Part shown: piece after piece, positions 14,346-20,000 of the stretch
How positions within the stretch are numbered: position 1 is the first letter of the stretch
Layout: every line of letters begins with the position of its first letter
Virus record (IMG/VR): IMGVR_UViG_3300044513_001424
Strand: one strand, 5' to 3'
DNA: 20,000 bases
DNA from: an uncultured virus (IMG/VR IMGVR_UViG_3300044513_001424)
Lineage: Duplodnaviria; Heunggongvirae; Uroviricota; Caudoviricetes
The notes under the pieces: generated by a model
Seen by the model: only the letters and a program-made list of their open reading frames with translations
Database searches by the model: none
Told to the model about the DNA's origin: nothing
Position numbers and translations under genes: made by a program

Positions 14346-17300
14346 ATGCCTATTCAGTTAATCAATACTGGAGCTGCCAGTAACGACGGTACGGGAGATA
14401 CCCTGAGACAGGGGGCTATCAAGGTAAACCAAAACTTTACCGAGATTTATAATACGCTAGGTGATGGCACAGGCTTAACCCCCATTACAGGACTCGATAC
14501 CGCAAGGTATTCTGACATATCAGGTATTGCTACCAATGCAGTATACTTTGATAATCAGTTACCGTCTTATTATAGGAACTATTTAAATCTAACCAATACT
14601 CCAACAGCACTTTCCCAGTTCACAAACGATACTGGGTTCCTGACGAAAACTGTTGATGCCAATGGTATCACTGTTGTTGGTGGTATTGTTACCGCAACCT
14701 CATTCAGAGGTGATGGATCCCAACTGACTGGAATTTCTACGTCTGTAGATGTAGGTGTACTACAAGCACAGATCAATTCGCTGGGAACCAACCTAAACAT
14801 TGTAGGTTTCTATGATGCAGTTGCAGGTGTTGTAACTGGTCTGACTATTGTAGGTCAGGGAAGACCTGGACTTGGAATTGGTCTGACACTTCCTAGCGTC
14901 GGTATTAACACTGGTGATTATTTTATTGTATCCAAGGGTGGTGCTGACGTTGGTATTGCAACGTATACTAACCCTGGAATTTCTAGTGTCTACTCTGGTG
15001 ACTGGATTGTAGGTATTGACGGCGATAGTTGGTCTATCCTTTCCTACTCCCAACAGGTTGTTGCACCAAGAGCAAATAGAGCAGACGTTGCGGATTCATT
15101 AAATGGTAATGCAAGTCTCAATCTGAGTGGAGTTGTTACTGCCACACAATTCTTTGGTAATGGTGGTGCTCTCACTAATCTGACTGGTGCAAGTCCTGGA
15201 ACATATGGAAATGATTCCACTGTTCCCCAGATTGTAGTCGATGGTAATGGTAAGATCTCCTCCATCACCAATGTCTCCATTGCACTGACCAATATTGTAG
15301 CGGGTCTAGGAACAGGATACTGGTCTAAGAATAGTACTGGAATCAACACCGTATCTTCTGTTGGTATTGGTACAACCACTGCCACAGAAGCGTTGACTGT
15401 TTATGGTAATATCACTATCAGTCCTACTTCTGTTGGTAGTATTCTTCTTGATAATAATATCAAGGTCAAGTATGGATTCGCACAGGAAGTTAATCAGTTC
15501 TACAATGGATCGGAGTTTGTAACTCAGTCTGCTAACCCCATCAGTATCAGGGATAATAGTAATAATGCTGTTGCAAGATTTGTCCCTGGTGGATCTGTAG
15601 AACTATACGATGGCGTAACGAAGAAGTTTGAGACTATTGGTATAGGTGTCACTGTATTTGGATCCTATCTTGGTGATGGTTCCAGACTGACAGGGGTCAT
15701 AACGTCCCTACAAGCGGGTGCAAACACTCTTATTGAAGTTACAGGTGGTATCGCTACCATCTCCTCCTCGGGGTCTGGAGACGGTGCCTGGACCTCTGGT
15801 GTTCTTGGTATTGGAACGACGGCTTCTGTTGGTATCGGTACTACTCTTGCACCTGGAGAACTGAAACTACAGGTCAAAGGACAAACAAGTATTGAAGGTG
15901 TACTGAAAGCCACCTCATTCAGTGTCTCGGGTGTCTCCACACTAACTGCTGGACATATACAGATACCTGGAACTCAAAATATAAAAATAGGAAACAACTC
16001 TCTTGGGAGTGGATCTCAAAGAAACATTGGTATTGGTGACAATACTCTTGCTTCTGTTCAATCTGGATCCCCTGGACATAACCTAGGGTATGGAGAGTAT
16101 GCTCTGTATCAAGTCACCACTGGTGGATACAACATCGGTCTGGGTGATAGAGCTGGACAAAATATAACGAGTGGAGACTATAATGTCGTCATTGGATCTT
16201 TTATTGGTAACAATTATGATATTGATATTAGAACGAGCGATTACAATATCGTTCTTTCCGATGGTTCTGGGACTGTAAGACAGTACTTCGATAGTACTGG
16301 TAAGTGTGGTATCAATACTACTGTATTGCATGAGGCACTGAACGTTGCTGGTATTGTTTCTGCAACTGGTTTCCATGGATCTTTTGATGCAGCAAACCTC
16401 ACTGGTCAACTACCTGCAATTGATGGTTCTCTTTTGACTGGCGTTACGGCAGTTGGATCTGGTGTAGAAATCAGAGAGAACAATACCGTATTGGGTGTTG
16501 CTGCCACGATGAACTTCGGTGAGAACATCATCGCTTCTCTTGCGGGTGGTATCGCTTCTATTACTGGTGCTCCAAACTACTGGAGTAATGGCGGAGTTGG
16601 AATCAATACAACTGCAAACGTTCATCTCTACAGTAACCTAACTGTAGAAGGTACATCTGAGTTTGGTGATCGTATTTCTGTTGCATCTACGATTAACTTC
16701 CTCTCTGATAAGTCTAGGATTGCATATGAAGCACTCACTAAGACTTTAGAGATTACTAACTTTGATGGAACAGATTCCCCAGGTGAGATTGGTAGTATTC
16801 TCTTTAGGACAACTGACCCAGGTATCCCTTCTCTACAGAAGGATGCACTGAGAATTTACAGTGCTGGTGGAAACCCAGACAGACTAGTAAGAATCTACAG
16901 AAACCTTCAGGTAGATGGTGAAAGTACTCTAGGTCAGAGAGCATATGTAGGTGCTGCCGTAACCCTATCTGAGGGTGGTGCAGAGGTCACTGGAGTCGTT
17001 ACCGCAACATCCTTCGCTGGATCTGCGGCGGGTCTTACAGGTCTTCCTGCGGGTCAATTAACGGGTACTCTGCCTGCTATTGATGGTTCCAACCTACTCA
17101 ACGTCAACGCATCTGGTGAGGGTGTGGTTGTTGAGGATGATGGGGTCAACGCTGGAACCGCAAAGACTCTTGACTTCGGTACTGGTATTGACGTTGATTA
17201 TGATGCCGCGTCTGGCATTGCGACGGTTTCTGCATCTGGTGGATCCCTGAGACAGAGACTGGTGAAGGTAGGAGTGACAACGGTCATTGCTAACACCGCT

Positions 17301-17630
17301 ATTGGTAATACCGATATTATTGGATTTAAAGCATACTCGCTGATGAAGGTCGGATTGTCCACATCGGCTTGGTTGAGACTATATACTGATAGTGCATCTA
17401 GAACTGCGGATGCATCTAGAAGTGTTGGTGAAGATCCACTGCCAGGCAGTGGAGTTATTGCTGAGGTAGTAACGACTGGATTATCTACATCCCAAATCAT
17501 GAGTCCATTCGTACTGGGTGGTAACTTAAACGAACCTCCAGACACTACAATCTACGCATCAATTCAAAATCTCTCAGGTTCTACCCAGTCGGTAACCGCT
17601 TATCTAACAATTCTTCAACTGGAGGCATAA
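14346..17630 (+). CDS. Tail fibre-like structural protein with a T4 gp9/gp10-like N-terminal domain
   Basis: N-terminus INTGAASNDGTGDTLRQGAIKVNQNFTEIY. Repeats of G[IV]V[TS]AT.F.G, VGIGTT and LPAIDGS, plus ~14-aa NxxIG repeats. 1094 aa, rich in Gly/Thr. Confidence 0.85.
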   Translation: MPIQLINTGAASNDGTGDTLRQGAIKVNQNFTEIYNTLGDGTGLTPITGLDTARYSDISGIATNAVYFDNQLPSYYRNYLNLTNTPTALSQFTNDTGFLTKTVDANGITVVGGIVTATSFRGDGSQLTGISTSVDVGVLQAQINSLGTNLNIVGFYDAVAGVVTGLTIVGQGRPGLGIGLTLPSVGINTGDYFIVSKGGADVGIATYTNPGISSVYSGDWIVGIDGDSWSILSYSQQVVAPRANRADVADSLNGNASLNLSGVVTATQFFGNGGALTNLTGASPGTYGNDSTVPQIVVDGNGKISSITNVSIALTNIVAGLGTGYWSKNSTGINTVSSVGIGTTTATEALTVYGNITISPTSVGSILLDNNIKVKYGFAQEVNQFYNGSEFVTQSANPISIRDNSNNAVARFVPGGSVELYDGVTKKFETIGIGVTVFGSYLGDGSRLTGVITSLQAGANTLIEVTGGIATISSSGSGDGAWTSGVLGIGTTASVGIGTTLAPGELKLQVKGQTSIEGVLKATSFSVSGVSTLTAGHIQIPGTQNIKIGNNSLGSGSQRNIGIGDNTLASVQSGSPGHNLGYGEYALYQVTTGGYNIGLGDRAGQNITSGDYNVVIGSFIGNNYDIDIRTSDYNIVLSDGSGTVRQYFDSTGKCGINTTVLHEALNVAGIVSATGFHGSFDAANLTGQLPAIDGSLLTGVTAVGSGVEIRENNTVLGVAATMNFGENIIASLAGGIASITGAPNYWSNGGVGINTTANVHLYSNLTVEGTSEFGDRISVASTINFLSDKSRIAYEALTKTLEITNFDGTDSPGEIGSILFRTTDPGIPSLQKDALRIYSAGGNPDRLVRIYRNLQVDGESTLGQRAYVGAAVTLSEGGAEVTGVVTATSFAGSAAGLTGLPAGQLTGTLPAIDGSNLLNVNASGEGVVVEDDGVNAGTAKTLDFGTGIDVDYDAASGIATVSASGGSLRQRLVKVGVTTVIANTAIGNTDIIGFKAYSLMKVGLSTSAWLRLYTDSASRTADASRSVGEDPLPGSGVIAEVVTTGLSTSQIMSPFVLGGNLNEPPDTTIYASIQNLSGSTQSVTAYLTILQLEA

Positions 17631-17637
17631 GGATACA

Positions 17638-19614
17638 ATGGCAATTACAACAGCAGTCTTTAAAACAAATATACTAGACGTTGCAACTTGGGATGGAAAT
17701 AATGTCATTGATCTGATTGGAGATGCACATACTTGGTTGGGGTGGCATTCTGCCGATGCAGGTGGACATATCGTAGGTATAACCACTTTTGCTGGTGGCG
17801 GAAATACTAATGATAATACCTATCGTACTTATGAGGTAGAGGGTGTATCAAGTGGGTTGGGTACTGGGGCAATCTTCCACGTCCAGAGATATAATAGTAG
17901 TGTATGGGTCTCAGTTAATAATCCTGGAGTTGGATATACTGGTAGAGAAACTATAACTATTCCTGCTTCTTCTATTGGTGGAAGTGGAGATAATGGTCAA
18001 GTAGCTAATATTGTTATTAGACCATATGTACACTCCACGATTGCCAATGGAGTTGGGTATGCAATTACAGTAACCATTAACGGCAATTATAGAGCTTGGG
18101 CTGGTGAAGATAGAAATGGTGCTGTCAACGAGGACGGAACTACCGAACCAACTATTACCATTAAAGAAGGTGATACAATTACGTTCTTCAATGAGATGGG
18201 AAATACTTCGTTTGATCTTCAGATTATTAATAACACCTATGATACTACCTCTGGTAACCAAAATAAAGTTGCTAACGTAACTGGTCAGGGTGCAGATGAT
18301 GGTGAGACTATGATCTGGACTCCATTAGTGGGTCAAGCTGGAGAGTATAGAGTTGTTGATGATGGTGACTATGGTGACTATGCTAGACTGGTAGTACAGG
18401 AAGCCTCAGCTGGAGACATAACATATCCCACAGTTGGACTTACAACTGGATTCTATGATAAGCACGATTTTGGTGGTTGGCAAGGTACTTATCCTTGGGG
18501 TGTTATTAGGAACGTAATTCAGTCTGGTAAGAAGAAGGGAGTTACCTACCAAGGTTATATCATGCCTAACTCCACTGCGCGTGTTTTGTATGCAGCGGCT
18601 CCTTATTATCTCCCCCATGATTATTCTGATGGAGGTAATAATGGTCCAGCATATTATGGTCATGGATATGGACACAGATTTGCTGGTGTCCCTCATTTAG
18701 ACTTAGCGTCAGATGGAGCGTTTCAAGTAAACTCTTATTCGCCCCAGCCCAGCAACCGCATGTGTTTTGGGAGTGAAACAACCGATGCTGGCATTAGAAT
18801 CTATGCTTCATCTATTGATAATACGAATGCCCTTTATGGATCAATTACCACTGGAAACAATACTCAGTATCAATTAGATTTGAATGTTTTCCGTTCTGGA
18901 TTAGACCCCAACTTTGCAGTCTTCTCATTCAGAGCACCAACTTTGTCTGCTACAAACATTAATGGTAATACTTATGGCACATGGTTTACTCATAAGTTTG
19001 TAACTGATATCTGGGATCTAGATCATGTTTTCCTTGGTGGTCATACTCATATTTTTGCAGAAACTAATACAAGTACAAGTTTACCATACATTAAATTTAG
19101 AACTTTTACCGCTGGTACTCAGAATCAATCTTATAACATCGATCCTGCGAATGGAACTGCTGAATTTGGATACAACCAAACTGTTAATGGTGTCCAAGCT
19201 TATACAAATGAAATGAGATATTTTGATACTCAGTATCAATGTTCTACATTGGACGAAACTTACAGTGCTCCTGACGTTTCATTCTACCATAGAAGTAGAA
19301 CTAACTATCCATATAAGAGTGGAGGATATTGGTATCAAAACGCACACGAGTCCTATTCACTACCAGCTGAAGCAGATTTCAACGCAGTTATAAAAGGAAT
19401 TCCATTATCCGCAAAGATGATGCCTGTTCCATATTATATTCCTGATGATTTTGTATTCATTAACTTCAACTACAATGCAGTTAATGCAAACATCCAACAG
19501 GGAGATACTATTACCCTAAGTCCATCTGAAGTTTATACAGTGATCATGGGTTCTTACAACATGACATCTGATAATATTACTAGAGGAATTCTATTCTGTG
19601 CGAGGAAGGTCTGA
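17638..19614 (+). CDS. Putative virion structural / receptor-binding-associated protein
   Basis: 658 aa, rich in Gly/Asn/Tyr/Thr, co-transcribed with the fibre gene. Contains NNPGVGY and a cupredoxin-like TITIKEGDTITF segment. Confidence 0.7.
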   Translation: MAITTAVFKTNILDVATWDGNNVIDLIGDAHTWLGWHSADAGGHIVGITTFAGGGNTNDNTYRTYEVEGVSSGLGTGAIFHVQRYNSSVWVSVNNPGVGYTGRETITIPASSIGGSGDNGQVANIVIRPYVHSTIANGVGYAITVTINGNYRAWAGEDRNGAVNEDGTTEPTITIKEGDTITFFNEMGNTSFDLQIINNTYDTTSGNQNKVANVTGQGADDGETMIWTPLVGQAGEYRVVDDGDYGDYARLVVQEASAGDITYPTVGLTTGFYDKHDFGGWQGTYPWGVIRNVIQSGKKKGVTYQGYIMPNSTARVLYAAAPYYLPHDYSDGGNNGPAYYGHGYGHRFAGVPHLDLASDGAFQVNSYSPQPSNRMCFGSETTDAGIRIYASSIDNTNALYGSITTGNNTQYQLDLNVFRSGLDPNFAVFSFRAPTLSATNINGNTYGTWFTHKFVTDIWDLDHVFLGGHTHIFAETNTSTSLPYIKFRTFTAGTQNQSYNIDPANGTAEFGYNQTVNGVQAYTNEMRYFDTQYQCSTLDETYSAPDVSFYHRSRTNYPYKSGGYWYQNAHESYSLPAEADFNAVIKGIPLSAKMMPVPYYIPDDFVFINFNYNAVNANIQQGDTITLSPSEVYTVIMGSYNMTSDNITRGILFCARKV

Positions 19615-19859
19615 TGGCCGCTGACTATACTTTTCCAGATCTACAAACAGCAAGAGCTGGAGTAGCTAGTACAATTTATTTACAAGATAGTAGTCAAATA
19701 CCATATTCTTATCAGGTAAAAATTACTAACCAGACACTTAATGTTGGTAACATTGATGTTGGATTCAGATCTTTAGAGGTTGATGATCCACGTAGTGCAA
19801 TGCCAACCAAGAGACCACAGAAGGGTCTTCTGTATCCAAGAGGTGTTTATAATAAATAG
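19614..19859 (+). CDS. Small hypothetical protein, probably a partner of the structural module
   Basis: 81 aa, TGATG-coupled, ending RPQKGLLYPRGVYNK. Confidence 0.7.
   Translation: MAADYTFPDLQTARAGVASTIYLQDSSQIPYSYQVKITNQTLNVGNIDVGFRSLEVDDPRSAMPTKRPQKGLLYPRGVYNK
19851..19858 (+). promoter_or_regulatory. T4-type late promoter AATAAATA
   Basis: Overlaps the upstream TAG, 21 nt before the ATG at 19880. Confidence 0.8.
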
Positions 19860-19879
19860 ATGAGCCTAGTAATCTCATC

Positions 19880-20000
19880 ATGCCTGAAGAAAAGAAAGAA
19901 ACTGTAGAGGCAACAGAAGAAAAGAAGAAAGGTCCATTTGCTAAACTGAAAGATGCTGCTACTGATCATGAAGGTCAGTTAGAAGCGATCAGCACAATGG
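19880..20000 (+). CDS. Partial CDS (N-terminus), hypothetical protein
   Basis: MPEEKKETVEATEEKKKGPFAKLKDAATDHEGQLEAISTM..., open to the window end and behind a late promoter. Confidence 0.75.
   Translation, partial: MPEEKKETVEATEEKKKGPFAKLKDAATDHEGQLEAISTM

Noticed and set aside
19860..19907. Upstream ATG at 19860 as the start of the last gene
   Set aside because: That frame closes after 15 codons and starts before the predicted late TSS. The ATG at 19880 gives the open frame.
1..20000. tRNA, rRNA, CRISPR array, integrase/transposase, diversity-generating retroelement
   Set aside because: No such motifs, regularly spaced repeats, reverse transcriptase or template/variable repeat pair was seen by eye, and the intergenic space is too small.

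Overview
A gene-dense window from a T4-like (Kyanoviridae-type) cyanomyovirus genome. All credible genes are on the + strand. In order: a partial upstream CDS; a 2OG-Fe(II) oxygenase; a ~5.3 kb late operon (two very large Lys/Glu-rich modular proteins, a small protein with a T4-like capsid-targeting leader and a 424-aa putative virion protein); an AT-rich regulatory spacer; a cluster of small hypothetical genes with an SNase-like nuclease; the primase (gp61)-nrdA-nrdB replication block, driven by a sigma70-type promoter inside the upstream gene; and a late tail-fibre/structural module. There are seven T4 late promoters (NATAAATA). Two things stand out. (1) The 539-aa and 680-aa proteins read as polyproteins: short basic peptides separated by acidic linkers ending in [ILVF]-x-E, the T4 prohead-protease (gp21) cleavage consensus. 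This suggests a capsid-packaged, protease-released peptide cargo. (2) Five of the seven late promoters overlap or lie inside hairpins whose 3' arm covers or abuts the downstream start codon, resembling the T4 e/soc/49 translational-occlusion switch applied repeatedly. Family assignments come from motif recognition only; no searches or folding programs were run.
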